Assembly (NCBI GenBank): GCA_963732405.1
Contig: CAVSZG010000002.1
Coordinates: 22,059 to 86,058, forward strand
Length of the DNA stretch: 64,000 nucleotides
From: an uncultured beta proteobacterium
Lineage (GTDB): Bacteria > Pseudomonadota > Gammaproteobacteria > Burkholderiales > Burkholderiaceae_E
Direction: 5' to 3'
Positions within the stretch are counted from its first letter, which is position 1. Each line of letters begins with the position of its first letter. The translations under genes and the position numbers were made by a program. Below are positions 27,000 to 37,144 of this stretch, piece by piece. A model generated the notes under the pieces. That model ran no database searches. It had not been told where the DNA came from and saw only the letters and a list, made by a program, of their open reading frames with translations.

Positions 27000-27794
27000 A
27001 TGAGCGACGCCTACTTCACCACGACGGATGATCACTGGTTTGTCCCGACCGACTTCTGTCGTGGTCCCTGGGATGCCCACAGTTGCCATGCCGGCCCGCC
27101 GACCGGAATGATGGTTCGCGCGATGGAGCATGCCCTGCGTGAGTCCGGCAGCGCCCAGCGACTCGTACGAATCACGGTTGATCTGCTCCGTCCGGTGCCG
27201 ATGGCTGGCTTCTCCATTGCCACCGAGATCGTTCGAGCCGGCAGATCGATGTCGACGCTGCGCGCCCGGCTGCTCGATGCCGACCAGGTCGAGCGCAGCG
27301 TGGCCACCGGTCTGGCCTTGCGGGCCGACCTGTCGCGCGAGTTGCCGACCCCGTCGTCTTTTGTCGAGGATTTCGAACGCGCCAGACCGGGTCCTTTCGT
27401 CTTAGACCGAACCTTGCACGGGCTGCGTGGGTTTGCCGACTCGGTGCAGATGCGTTATCCGCCCGAACAGTCACCGTCCACCGGCCCCACCACCTTGTGG
27501 ATGCATGCCCTACCCTTGCTCGAGAGCGAGCGCCCTACCCCGATGCAGCGAATCAGCCCGCTGGCCGACTGTGGCAATGCCGCGTCGCGCAATGCCGAGC
27601 CCTGGGAGATCGGCTTTGTCAATGCGGATCTGACCCTGGTGCTGCACCGGGAACCGGTCGGCGAATGGTTCGGCTCGCGCAGTGTGTCGCATTGGCAATC
27701 CAGTGGTGTCGGCCTTGCCAAGGCGACCCTGTTCGACCGGCACGGCGAGGTCGGTGAGGCCTTGCAGACCTTGTTGCTGCGTCCGGCTGCTTAG
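27000..27794 (+). CDS. thioesterase-superfamily protein (acyl-CoA thioesterase-like double hot-dog)
   Basis: FVPTDFCRGPWDAHSCHAGPPTGMMVRAME and its length fit this family. ATG at 27000. Confidence 0.6.
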   Translation: MSDAYFTTTDDHWFVPTDFCRGPWDAHSCHAGPPTGMMVRAMEHALRESGSAQRLVRITVDLLRPVPMAGFSIATEIVRAGRSMSTLRARLLDADQVERSVATGLALRADLSRELPTPSSFVEDFERARPGPFVLDRTLHGLRGFADSVQMRYPPEQSPSTGPTTLWMHALPLLESERPTPMQRISPLADCGNAASRNAEPWEIGFVNADLTLVLHREPVGEWFGSRSVSHWQSSGVGLAKATLFDRHGEVGEALQTLLLRPAA

Positions 27795-27835
27795 CTTGCC
27801 GGCACGTCAAAAAAAACACATCAATGGAGACAAAC

Positions 27836-28918
27836 ATGGTCAATATCGCCGCCCCGGCGTTGACCCGATTCATCGCGGACCTGTTTGAACGGGCCGGCTG
27901 CTCGCGGGCCGAAGGTGAACGGATCGGCCACTTCCTGGTCCAGGCCAATCTCACCGGGCACGACAGCCATGGTGTGGTCAGGGTGCCTCGTTATGTGGCG
28001 CAACTGGGTAGCGGCGCCATCGTCGCCGACCAGCAGGTCGACATTCTCGTCGATACGCCGGTGATGGCCGTGGTCGATGGCAAGTACGGATTCGGTCAGA
28101 CGGTCGGGCCGGCGGCCGCACGCATCGGGATCGACAAATGCCATGCGGCCGGACTGGCGCTGGTGGCCTTGCGCAACGCCGGACATATCGGCCGGGTCGG
28201 TGACTTTGCCGAAATGGCGGCCGCCGAGGGTCTGGTCTCGGTCATCTTTGTCAATGCGGCGGGCAGTGTGCTGGTCGCCCCCTTCCAGGGCATCGAGCGG
28301 CGCTTCTCGACGGCTCCCTACTGCGTGGGTGTGCCCAGATCGGACGCCAGCCCGTTGATTCTGGATTTTGCGACCTCGGTGGTGGCCGAGGGCAAGGTAC
28401 TGGTGGCCAGTCAGGGCGGCAAGCCCATTCCCGGCGATGCGCTGATTGGTCCTGATGGCGTGCCCAGCGATGATCCTCACCTGCTGTATGGCGACTTCGA
28501 TGCAACCGGACCACGCGATCATCGCCGGGGGGCGGGTGCGATTCGTGCCTTTGGGGAACACAAGGGATCGGGCCTTGCCGTGATGTGTGAATTGCTCGGA
28601 GGGGCGCTGACCGGCACGGGCGCCACTCGCGAGGGCCGCGAATTCGCCAACGGCATGCTGGCGATCTTCATCGACCCGGGCCGGCTCGATACCGATGATT
28701 TTTTCCCGGGTGAAGTGCAGCGATATATTGATTACGTGAAGAGCGCCAGAACCACATCGGCGAACGCCGAGATCCTGATGCCCGGTGAAATCGAAGCGCG
28801 GCGTCGGGCCGAACGACTGGCCGGTGGCGTGCCATTGCCGCCCGACACCTGGCAAAGTATCGTCGACTGTGCGCGGGCGCTGGGGCTGCCGGCCGATGCG
28901 GTTCCCGCCACCACCTGA
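27836..28918 (+). CDS. Ldh_2 family (malate/L-lactate/ureidoglycolate-type) dehydrogenase
   Basis: LTGHDSHGVVRVPRYV...GHIGRVGDFAE...FGEHKGSGLAVMCELLGG. GGAGA lies before the ATG at 27836. Confidence 0.85.
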   Translation: MVNIAAPALTRFIADLFERAGCSRAEGERIGHFLVQANLTGHDSHGVVRVPRYVAQLGSGAIVADQQVDILVDTPVMAVVDGKYGFGQTVGPAAARIGIDKCHAAGLALVALRNAGHIGRVGDFAEMAAAEGLVSVIFVNAAGSVLVAPFQGIERRFSTAPYCVGVPRSDASPLILDFATSVVAEGKVLVASQGGKPIPGDALIGPDGVPSDDPHLLYGDFDATGPRDHRRGAGAIRAFGEHKGSGLAVMCELLGGALTGTGATREGREFANGMLAIFIDPGRLDTDDFFPGEVQRYIDYVKSARTTSANAEILMPGEIEARRRAERLAGGVPLPPDTWQSIVDCARALGLPADAVPATT

Positions 28919-28981
28919 CACCCGCGTGCGAGCCGACCATGTCCGGTCGCACGGCCCATACCATCAATGGAGGACTGCATC

Positions 28982-29389
28982 ATGAAAATCACCGTTCAGA
29001 CGCTGGTCAAGGCACCGATGGTCCGTGTCTGGCAGGCATGGACCTCGCCGGCCGATATCGTTCAATGGAATGCGGCATCCGACGATTGGCATACGACCCG
29101 TGCCGAGGTCGATCTGCGAGTCGGTGGCGTGTTCTGTTCACGCATGGAGGCCAAGGACGGCAGCATGGGCTTCGACTTTGAGGGTACCTATACGACGATC
29201 GTTCCGCACGAGTTGATCGAATGCCGCTTTGGCGATCGGCAACTGCTCGTTGAATTCATTGAAGAGGCCGAGGGCGTGCGCGTACGCGAAACCTTCGAAG
29301 CTGAATCCACGCATTCGGTCGAGCAGCAACGTGAAGGCTGGCAGGCAATTCTCGATCGCTTCGCCCGACACGTCGAAGCCGGCGGCTGA
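28982..29389 (+). CDS. SRPBCC / AHSA1-domain protein
   Basis: MKITVQTLVKAPMVRVWQAWTSPADIVQWNAASDDWHT...FDFEGTYTTIVPHELI. Confidence 0.8.
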   Translation: MKITVQTLVKAPMVRVWQAWTSPADIVQWNAASDDWHTTRAEVDLRVGGVFCSRMEAKDGSMGFDFEGTYTTIVPHELIECRFGDRQLLVEFIEEAEGVRVRETFEAESTHSVEQQREGWQAILDRFARHVEAGG

Positions 29390-29390
29390 C

Positions 29391-30725
29391 TCAGCGAGTC
29401 TGTCCGCTGCCGCCCGCCTTGCCGATCTGACCGGCCACGCAGCGGACATTGCGTGGCGCGGCCAGCCAGATGGCGACGATCGAGATCACGCAGCACACCA
29501 TGGCCACAATGAACGCGGGTCGATAACTGCCGGTCAGGTCGTGAAGATAACCGGCCGCCCACGGACCCGCGGCCCCTCCGGCCATCAGGAATACCGTGAT
29601 CATGCCGAACACCGAGCCAAAATGCGGGCCGTCGAAGATCTCCATGACGATCGGCCCGAGGACCGAGGTCATCGCATAGCCGAGAAAACCTTGTGAGGCG
29701 ATCATCAACAGCAGCAGGGTTTCGGATTGTGTGTGTTCGAGCGCGATCAAGGCACTGTAGGTGATGATGAATCCCAGGCAGCCTGCCGACCAGATCCATT
29801 CCCGTCCGATGCGATCGGAGAGCGCGCCCAACACGATCTGGCCGGGAATGCCGACCATGCTCACCACACCCAGGGCCCAGGCGGCGCGCAGCGGGCTATA
29901 GCCGATTTCGATGAGATACGTCGTCTGATGGACCTGGATCGCATACCAGGCAAACAAGGCGGTGAAGTAGCCAATCACCACCCACCAGAAGCGGCGCGTG
30001 CGGATGGCGCGACTCAGGGTCCAGTCGATCGCGGCCCAGGCGGGGTCGACGATATTGGAGCGGCGTGGCTGGGTGGGACCGGCGCCGACCACCGGCTCGG
30101 TGTCGCCGTCGGGCAGCAGCCCGATCGATTGCGGCCGGTGTCGAACCAGCAGATTCAGCGGCGCGACAATGACAATCACCATGAATGCGAGGGTCTGGCA
30201 GGCCGAACGCCAACCGGCCTGCTCGATGATCGCCTGCAACCAGGGCAGGATTACGATGGCGCCCACCCCTACCCCTGAGAACGCAATGCTGATGGCCATT
30301 GCGCGTCGTCTCACGAACCAGTTCGGCAGGTACAGGGATTGCGCGGTGAAGCTCATCAGGTTGGCGCCGCCACCGGCCATCACCCCCAGCGTGGCATACA
30401 GCTGCCAGGGCGTGCTCAGCGAGGGAGCGAGCAGCAATCCACCACTGAGCATCAGCACGCCGGTCTGGATGATGACGCGCGGACCGTAGCGGTCCATCAG
30501 CTGGCCAACCAGCGGGCTGGTCACTGCCGAGAACAGGAAGCCGGCCGAGAATGCACCGGCAACCAGCCCCCGTTCCCAGCCGAATTCGCTCATCAGCGGT
30601 GACAGCAGCAGCGAGAACGAGGTTCGCGCGGTGACCGAGATCGCCATGGTCAGGAAGGCGATCGCGATGATCAGCCAGCCATAAAAAAAGGGCAGCCGGG
30701 CGACCCAACTCATCGCGCCCGCCAT
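29391..30725 (-). CDS. MFS transporter
   Basis: 444 aa with a 12-TM pattern and the GQLMDRYGPR loop motif. Confidence 0.85.
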   Translation of the reverse strand: MAGAMSWVARLPFFYGWLIIAIAFLTMAISVTARTSFSLLLSPLMSEFGWERGLVAGAFSAGFLFSAVTSPLVGQLMDRYGPRVIIQTGVLMLSGGLLLAPSLSTPWQLYATLGVMAGGGANLMSFTAQSLYLPNWFVRRRAMAISIAFSGVGVGAIVILPWLQAIIEQAGWRSACQTLAFMVIVIVAPLNLLVRHRPQSIGLLPDGDTEPVVGAGPTQPRRSNIVDPAWAAIDWTLSRAIRTRRFWWVVIGYFTALFAWYAIQVHQTTYLIEIGYSPLRAAWALGVVSMVGIPGQIVLGALSDRIGREWIWSAGCLGFIITYSALIALEHTQSETLLLLMIASQGFLGYAMTSVLGPIVMEIFDGPHFGSVFGMITVFLMAGGAAGPWAAGYLHDLTGSYRPAFIVAMVCCVISIVAIWLAAPRNVRCVAGQIGKAGGSGQTR

Positions 30726-30917
30726 TCAAACCCGTCCAAGCTGTCTCCGCCGTTCCCGTGTGCGCCGATCGTAGCACCCTGATCCGACAGGAATCGGGGC
30801 TGGTGGCCGACCCAGAACCGCCATCGTGCGATTTGTCATGTGAGAACAACGAGATAGAGAACTTTCTTCGAAGTTACCTTAGACTTGGTGCAATCCACTT
30901 CATCTGTGGTATGGACG

Positions 30918-33900
30918 ATGCCAAACGACAGCGAGAACCTCCTCCCCGCTGCAGTGCAGAGCCACCCCTCCGCCGAGACCCTGGTCCGGGCGGTGATGCT
31001 CGCCTGTGCTGCGCCCGCCGCATTGCTGGCCGCCACCGACCGCGGTGAGCTGCATCTGCAGGCGGTGACCCGACCCTGTCCCGAGCGGGCCCGTCAATGC
31101 CTGGTCGATGCCTGCAGGATGGCAGCGAAGGCCAACGAACCGGTGATTATCGACATCCACGAACCGGCCTGTCTGCGCTTCGCCGATCCTGGCCATGAGT
31201 CGGGGGCGGCCGCGCCAGGGCGCCTGCAGTTCATCGGCATGGCGGTGCGCGCACCAGGAGGTACCGTACTGGGTGTGCTGGGTTTCTGTCAGCATGGGCC
31301 GCTCGGCCCTACCCATCCGTCGTTGGAGATTCTGGCGTCGATGGCCGAGCTGGCCGCCGCCATTCTGTCAGCCGGGATGAGCCGGACCGTGTTGCCGCCG
31401 CCCCCGGCAGGGCGGCTGGATGCGGCCCGGCAGATTGCCCTGGTGGATATCGCGGCCAGTGAAGCCCGGTTTCGTGCGATGAGCGACGCATCGCCTCATG
31501 GCGTGTTCTTTGCCGACTCGGCCGGCGACTGCGCCTACATGAACCGGCGGTGCCGCGAGATCGTCGGCCTGAGTGCGCCGTCGGGCGGTCGTCAGTCCTG
31601 GTTCGAGACCGTACATCCCGAGGACAGTCCGGCGGTGCATGACGAATGGACGCGAACGGCTGCCGAGCATGTGCCATTCGACATGACCTGCCGTGTGCGT
31701 TGTGACGACGGCATGGTTCGCCGGATTCATGTGCGCTCTCAGGCCTTGTTCGGCCCGGGTGGATCGATCGAGGGCTTCGTCGGCTCGATCGAAGACGTGA
31801 CCGGGCAGGACAGGACCCTGGCACGCCTGTCGGCCAGCGAGAAGCGGCTGCGTCATCTCTATGAGGCAACGCCGGCGCTGATGCAGTCGATCGATCCGCA
31901 CGGTCGAATTCTGGCGGTGAGTGATGCCTGGTTGGCCCGTTTCGACTATGCGCGCGAAGATGTGATCGGTCGGCATGCCGCCGAATTTCTGACCGAGGAG
32001 TCGCGCGCCAACGCGCGAGAAACGTTGTTACCGGTGCTGTTTGAAACCGGTGCCTGTGGCGACATCGAGATCCGCATGCTGACCCGCGACGGCATGATCC
32101 TCGACATGTTGTTGTCGGCGGTGCTGGAGCGTAAACCCGACGGCAGCCCGCTGCGCAGTCTGGTTGTGTTCGAGGACATCACCCAACGCAAGCGTGCCGA
32201 GCGGGCGCTTCGCCTGGAACGCGAGCGGACCCAGCATGCGAACGAACGGTTCGCACTGGCGACCCGCACCGGCGGTATCGGCGTGTGGGAGTTCGACCGG
32301 GTGTCGCGGATGTTCCGGTTCGACGAACAGGTGGCCAGGCTCTACGGCCAGCCGGTGGGCTCAGTCGAATGCAGTCTGGACGACTGGCTCGCCAGTCTGC
32401 ATCCGGATGATCGGCAGGCCGCCGGGCAGGCATTCGAGGCATCGCTCGATGGCGAGCAGGCATTCGATATCGAGTTCAGGATTCAGTGGCCCGATGCCAG
32501 CCTTCATCACATTCGCTCGGCCGGCCGCCTCGAAAGTGCCGAGCTCGAGGGTCCCGGGCGCATGGTCGGGGTCAATTGGGATGTGACTGAATTGCGCAAG
32601 CTGGCGCTGGAGCTGGCCGAGGAGCATGAACTGTTGCGGGTGACGCTCGAGTCGATCGGCGATGCCGTGATCACCACGGATCGCAATGGTGATGTCACCT
32701 GGATGAACCCGGTGGCCGAGCGCATGACGGGCTGGTTGTCCGTCGAAGCAGCGGGTCGTCCCTTGCTCCAGGTGTTTCACATCATCAATCAGGAAACCCG
32801 CGAGCCCGCTATCAATCCGGTGGCCTGTGCCTTGTCCGAAGGACGGATCGTCGGCCTGGCCAATCAGACGTTGCTGGTCTCGCGCGAGGGCACCGAATTC
32901 GGTATCGAGGATTCGGCTGCACCCATCCGCGATGGAGTGGGTCAGATCAAGGGTGCGGTGCTGGTCTTCCATGACGTGACTGAACAGCGACGCCTGTCGG
33001 GCGAGATGAATTTTCGGGCCACCCATGATCCCCTGACCGAACTGTTGAATCGCAGCGAGTTCGAGATGCGCCTGCAGCGATTGTTGCGCGGCGCCCAGGA
33101 AGATCGGGGCGAGCATGCCCTGCTGTTCATCGATCTGGATCAGTTCAAGGTGGTGAACGACGCCTGTGGTCATGCCATCGGCGATCAATTGCTGCAGCAG
33201 GTGGCCAGGTTGCTGGCCCAGGCCGTGCGCGGCCGCGATACCCTGGCCCGCCTGGGCGGTGATGAGTTCGCGGTCATCCTGGAACACTGCAATGCCGATC
33301 AGGCGCAGCGCGTGGCCAGGGAAATCTGCGAACGGATCGACCAGTTCCGCTTCGTTCATGGCGAGCGGCGCTTCCGGATCGGCGCGAGCATCGGCCTGGT
33401 GCCGGTGGACGATCGATGGACCACGATCGCGGCGCTGATGCAGGCTGCCGATAGCGCCTGTTATGCGGCCAAGGATGGCGGTCGAAACCGGGTGCATATC
33501 TGGTTTGACACCGATCAGGCGATTCGCGCGCGAAATGGCGAGACCCAATGGGCCACGCGCCTGGCGACTGCTCTGGACGAAGGGTATTTCGAGCTCTATG
33601 CGCAACGGGTGTTCGACCTGCACGATGCGGCGACCGGGATCAATGCCGAAGTACTGCTGCGTTTGCGCGAACCCGATGGCGAACCGATCCTGCCGGGCGC
33701 TTTTTTACCGGCGGCCGAACGATTCCATCTGATGGGCCGGATCGATCGCTGGGTCTTGCTCAATACCCTTGAATGGTTGGCCGGTATCCGCTCACCCGCG
33801 AAGATCCAGAATCTGTCGATCAATCTGTCGGGTCAGTCGATCGGCGATCGGGCCTTTCACGCGTGGGCGATCGCGCAATTGCGCCAGGCCGGCCCCGGCA

Positions 33901-34337
33901 TCTGCCACAAGATCTCATTTGAGATCACCGAAACGGCGGCGATCACCAATCTGGCTGATGCCTCGGTTTTCATCGACCATGTCCAGACACTGGGCGTGCG
34001 TATCGCGCTGGACGATTTCGGCGCGGGCGCCTCCTCCTTCGGCTATCTCAAGAACCTGTCGATCGATACGCTCAAGATCGATGGTCAGTTCGTGCGCGAT
34101 CTGGCCGATGATCCCCTCAATGCGGCCGCCGTCCGGTGCTTCAGTGATGTCGCCCGGGTGGTTGGCGTGCAATCGGTCGCCGAATTCGTCGAAACCGAAG
34201 CGGTGCTGGCCAAGCTGCATCAGCTGAATATCGATTTTGCCCAGGGCTTCCTGCTGCACCGTCCGGCACCGATCGATCTGCTCGATGAGGAAGCGTGTGG
34301 TCAGATCGGCACCCCCCCTGCCCTGACCGTATCCTGA
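30918..34337 (+). CDS. multi-PAS GGDEF-EAL signalling protein
   Basis: Repeated PAS segments, RLGGDEFAV (GGDEF), and an EAL domain (FEITETAAI, DDFGAGASSFGYLK, KIDGQFV). Confidence 0.9.
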   Translation: MPNDSENLLPAAVQSHPSAETLVRAVMLACAAPAALLAATDRGELHLQAVTRPCPERARQCLVDACRMAAKANEPVIIDIHEPACLRFADPGHESGAAAPGRLQFIGMAVRAPGGTVLGVLGFCQHGPLGPTHPSLEILASMAELAAAILSAGMSRTVLPPPPAGRLDAARQIALVDIAASEARFRAMSDASPHGVFFADSAGDCAYMNRRCREIVGLSAPSGGRQSWFETVHPEDSPAVHDEWTRTAAEHVPFDMTCRVRCDDGMVRRIHVRSQALFGPGGSIEGFVGSIEDVTGQDRTLARLSASEKRLRHLYEATPALMQSIDPHGRILAVSDAWLARFDYAREDVIGRHAAEFLTEESRANARETLLPVLFETGACGDIEIRMLTRDGMILDMLLSAVLERKPDGSPLRSLVVFEDITQRKRAERALRLERERTQHANERFALATRTGGIGVWEFDRVSRMFRFDEQVARLYGQPVGSVECSLDDWLASLHPDDRQAAGQAFEASLDGEQAFDIEFRIQWPDASLHHIRSAGRLESAELEGPGRMVGVNWDVTELRKLALELAEEHELLRVTLESIGDAVITTDRNGDVTWMNPVAERMTGWLSVEAAGRPLLQVFHIINQETREPAINPVACALSEGRIVGLANQTLLVSREGTEFGIEDSAAPIRDGVGQIKGAVLVFHDVTEQRRLSGEMNFRATHDPLTELLNRSEFEMRLQRLLRGAQEDRGEHALLFIDLDQFKVVNDACGHAIGDQLLQQVARLLAQAVRGRDTLARLGGDEFAVILEHCNADQAQRVAREICERIDQFRFVHGERRFRIGASIGLVPVDDRWTTIAALMQAADSACYAAKDGGRNRVHIWFDTDQAIRARNGETQWATRLATALDEGYFELYAQRVFDLHDAATGINAEVLLRLREPDGEPILPGAFLPAAERFHLMGRIDRWVLLNTLEWLAGIRSPAKIQNLSINLSGQSIGDRAFHAWAIAQLRQAGPGICHKISFEITETAAITNLADASVFIDHVQTLGVRIALDDFGAGASSFGYLKNLSIDTLKIDGQFVRDLADDPLNAAAVRCFSDVARVVGVQSVAEFVETEAVLAKLHQLNIDFAQGFLLHRPAPIDLLDEEACGQIGTPPALTVS

Positions 34338-34486
34338 GTCAATCAGGACCCATGCCGGCGTCGCGGTGATCGGCGCGCGCATTGCGTATCATTGACGGTC
34401 GGGGCGAATCGATAGTCGCAACTCGATTTGATTCCGGTGTGCAATGCCGGGCATGCTGCCCGGCGCTTCTCAACTGGAGGAATATC

Positions 34487-34991
34487 ATGAGCAACAAAAT
34501 GCCGTCGATGATGGCGCTGCTCGGCCTGCTCGCCGTGGCGGGCTACAAGAACAAGGACAAGATCAGCGATCTGCTGAGCAGTGCTCAGCAGTCGATGGGA
34601 GGGGCCGGTGCGCAGACGCCGGCCGGTGGTGCCGCCGCGCAGGGCTCGGCCGGCGGGCGGGCTGCTGGGTGAGCTTGGTGGGCTGTTCGGCGGGGCTGCC
34701 GCCGGTGGCACCTTGTCGTCCGGGTTGAACGATATTGTCGAGAAGTTCCGCAAGAGCGGCCAGGGCGATGTCGCCGACTCCTGGGTGAGTCCCGGACCGA
34801 ACAAGGCCTTGCCCGACAACTCCCTCGAACAGGTTCTGGGCAGTGACACGCTGGACGAGTTGAGCGCCAAGACCGGCATGTCCCGCGCCGATATCCTGGC
34901 CCGGCTGTCCAATTCATTGCCGGCTGCCGTCGACGGCTTCACGCCTGGCGGGCGACTGCCCAATGATCAGGAAGCCGCCGGGTTTCGTTGA
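34487..34991 (+). pseudogene. YidB/DUF937-family protein, apparent frameshift near 34651-34661
   Basis: MSNKMPSMMALLGLLAVAGYKNKDK...AAQGSAGG is in one frame. GLLGELGGLFGG...VADSWVSPGPNKALPDNSLEQVLGSDTLDELSAKTGMSRADILARLSNSLPAAVD is in another. GGAGG lies before the ATG. Confidence 0.7.
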
Positions 34992-35024
34992 TCGGCTGCC
35001 CGCGTCTGCCTCGGCCCTGGATGC

Positions 35025-37121
35025 ATGAAGGTTCCGCGTTTTACCCGGTGTCTGATCGGCACGGCGCTGATCGCCATGCTGGCCGCCTGCTCGGGTTCGA
35101 CGCCGGGCGTCGACGCGGTGCCGGACGATGCGGGCGGCGGTAATGCAACGCCCGGAGCAACGCCCGGTCCGGTAACGGAGCCGGGCATTGCCACCGCCCC
35201 GGGTGTGGGCGAACGGGTCAATCAGCCGCTGGATGTACCGGTTGGCCCGGCGCCGGTCGAGCCGGTCCGGATGCCGGCTGCGGCCGGCAACGACGATTTT
35301 CGTCCGAGCGGCTATGACATCCTGCTGCTGGCCGATGAGTTCGACGGCAATGCGCTCGATCGAAGCAAATGGTGTACCCGCCTGCCCTGGGGCGGCGGGA
35401 CCATTCTCGAAACGCCCGATGCCACCTGCACGCGGTGGTTGGGCCAGGGATTCGGCGATTATGCGAATGTGACCGAGAATCAGCGCTTTCGCGAGCGCGA
35501 TCCCGATGGTGAGATCCTGCATGCGGTTGGCGGGGGCACGATCAGGCTGCGGGCGACCCGCTCCTTCGATCATCAACGCACCCGCTATGCGGCTGCGGCA
35601 TTGCGCTCCAAGGCCGTCTTCAAGCCGACCGCGTCCCGAAGCTATTACGTGACGGCGCGGGTCCGCATGCCCAGCGTGCTGGGTACCTGGCCGGCGTTCT
35701 TTCTGATTCCTTCGCTCGAACCGCGTGGCACCAACCAGTGGCCGCCTGAAATCGATATCTTCGAAGGCGCACTCAACGGACAGGGTGACACGATCGCCAC
35801 AGTCACCCAGCATGGGCAGGTCCGGGGTGCCCAGACCGATTCCGCCGTGCCGGAATGGACGTATCTGGCACCGGGCTTCAATCCGACCTGGGGTACCTAT
35901 TCCGCACCGACCAGTCTGCGCGAGCGGTGGCTCGAGATCGGCGCCGAATGGGCGCTCGAGGGCGTCTGCTATTTCATTGACGGCCTGAAGACCGCTTGCG
36001 AGAACTACCGTTGGGTCGACAACGACGGGCAGCCCGGCAATCCGGCCAGTCTCATCGCCTACCTCGCCATTGGCGGTCCCTGGGCGGGCAGTGGCGGCAT
36101 CGATGATTCGCGAATGCCCACCGAATTCGAGATCGACCATATCCGGATCTACGAGGGGGATGGTCGATTCATCACGTCTGCGGGCCCTGCGGTGCTGGCA
36201 ACCACGCCCGCTCCACAGGGGGGTGTAGCGCCGCCATCGTCCATTCCACCCGATGATCCTGACGATGACCATGAACCGGTGGGTTTCACGCTTATCTTCG
36301 ATGAATCGTTCAACGGCGAGCAATTGGATCGGACGCAATGGTGTACCCGCCTGGCAGGTCGCGGCGGTGCGCCGCTTCAAATTGCGGATGCACAATGCGT
36401 CGATCCGATCGGTGCCGGTAGTGCCGATCACGGTGGTGATGGAGAGCGGCAGCGCTTTCGCGATCTGAACTCGGTCGGCCAGCCCCTGCACGAGCTGTCC
36501 GCGGGATCCCTGCGGCTGCTTGCCACGCGTACCGGCGCCGACCCGGCAGCCCCCTGGGAAAGCGGCGCGCTGCGCAGCAAGTTGTCCATCGTGCCCGCGT
36601 ATCTGAAGAGTTTTTACGTGACGGCGCGGGTCAGGCTGCCCGATGTCCCCGGGATACGGGCGGTCTTTTCGATCCTGCCCGAGGCCAATGATGATGGCAG
36701 CCTGCCGCCCACGCCGACCGCCAGCGTCTTTGACGCCGTCGTCGGCACAGGGCCTGATAGCGCGGCCACTCTACGACATCAGAGCATCGTCGATGGACGC
36801 CAGACATCCACCGGGCAACGTCAGCATTCCTTCGCCGGTCCTGGATTTGATCCGGCCAGCGGTCGCTTCACCGCCGCCGAATCACTGCGCGGCCGTTGGC
36901 TTGAGGTGGGCGTCGAATGGACCGACGGCCATCTGTGCTGGTTCATCAACGGCGTTCCCTCGGCTTGCGAAAATTACTTCTGGGTGAGCGCCGATGGCAG
37001 CCCCGGTAATTTTGCAAACCTGAACCTGTATCTGGCCGTGGACGCTGCGAATCAGCCGACTGTCGACTCGGCACAGATGCTGGTCGACCGGATCCGTGTG
37101 TTTCAACGCATCGGCAATTGA
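35025..37121 (+). CDS. lipoprotein with two tandem GH16-like (concanavalin-fold) domains
   Basis: Lipobox LAACS. Domain 1 has the GH16 motif EIDIFE (35748-35765). Domain 2 aligns but reads ASVFDA (36720-36737). Confidence 0.75.
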   Translation: MKVPRFTRCLIGTALIAMLAACSGSTPGVDAVPDDAGGGNATPGATPGPVTEPGIATAPGVGERVNQPLDVPVGPAPVEPVRMPAAAGNDDFRPSGYDILLLADEFDGNALDRSKWCTRLPWGGGTILETPDATCTRWLGQGFGDYANVTENQRFRERDPDGEILHAVGGGTIRLRATRSFDHQRTRYAAAALRSKAVFKPTASRSYYVTARVRMPSVLGTWPAFFLIPSLEPRGTNQWPPEIDIFEGALNGQGDTIATVTQHGQVRGAQTDSAVPEWTYLAPGFNPTWGTYSAPTSLRERWLEIGAEWALEGVCYFIDGLKTACENYRWVDNDGQPGNPASLIAYLAIGGPWAGSGGIDDSRMPTEFEIDHIRIYEGDGRFITSAGPAVLATTPAPQGGVAPPSSIPPDDPDDDHEPVGFTLIFDESFNGEQLDRTQWCTRLAGRGGAPLQIADAQCVDPIGAGSADHGGDGERQRFRDLNSVGQPLHELSAGSLRLLATRTGADPAAPWESGALRSKLSIVPAYLKSFYVTARVRLPDVPGIRAVFSILPEANDDGSLPPTPTASVFDAVVGTGPDSAATLRHQSIVDGRQTSTGQRQHSFAGPGFDPASGRFTAAESLRGRWLEVGVEWTDGHLCWFINGVPSACENYFWVSADGSPGNFANLNLYLAVDAANQPTVDSAQMLVDRIRVFQRIGN

Positions 37122-37144
37122 TCAACGCGCCCCAGCAAGCCTGA

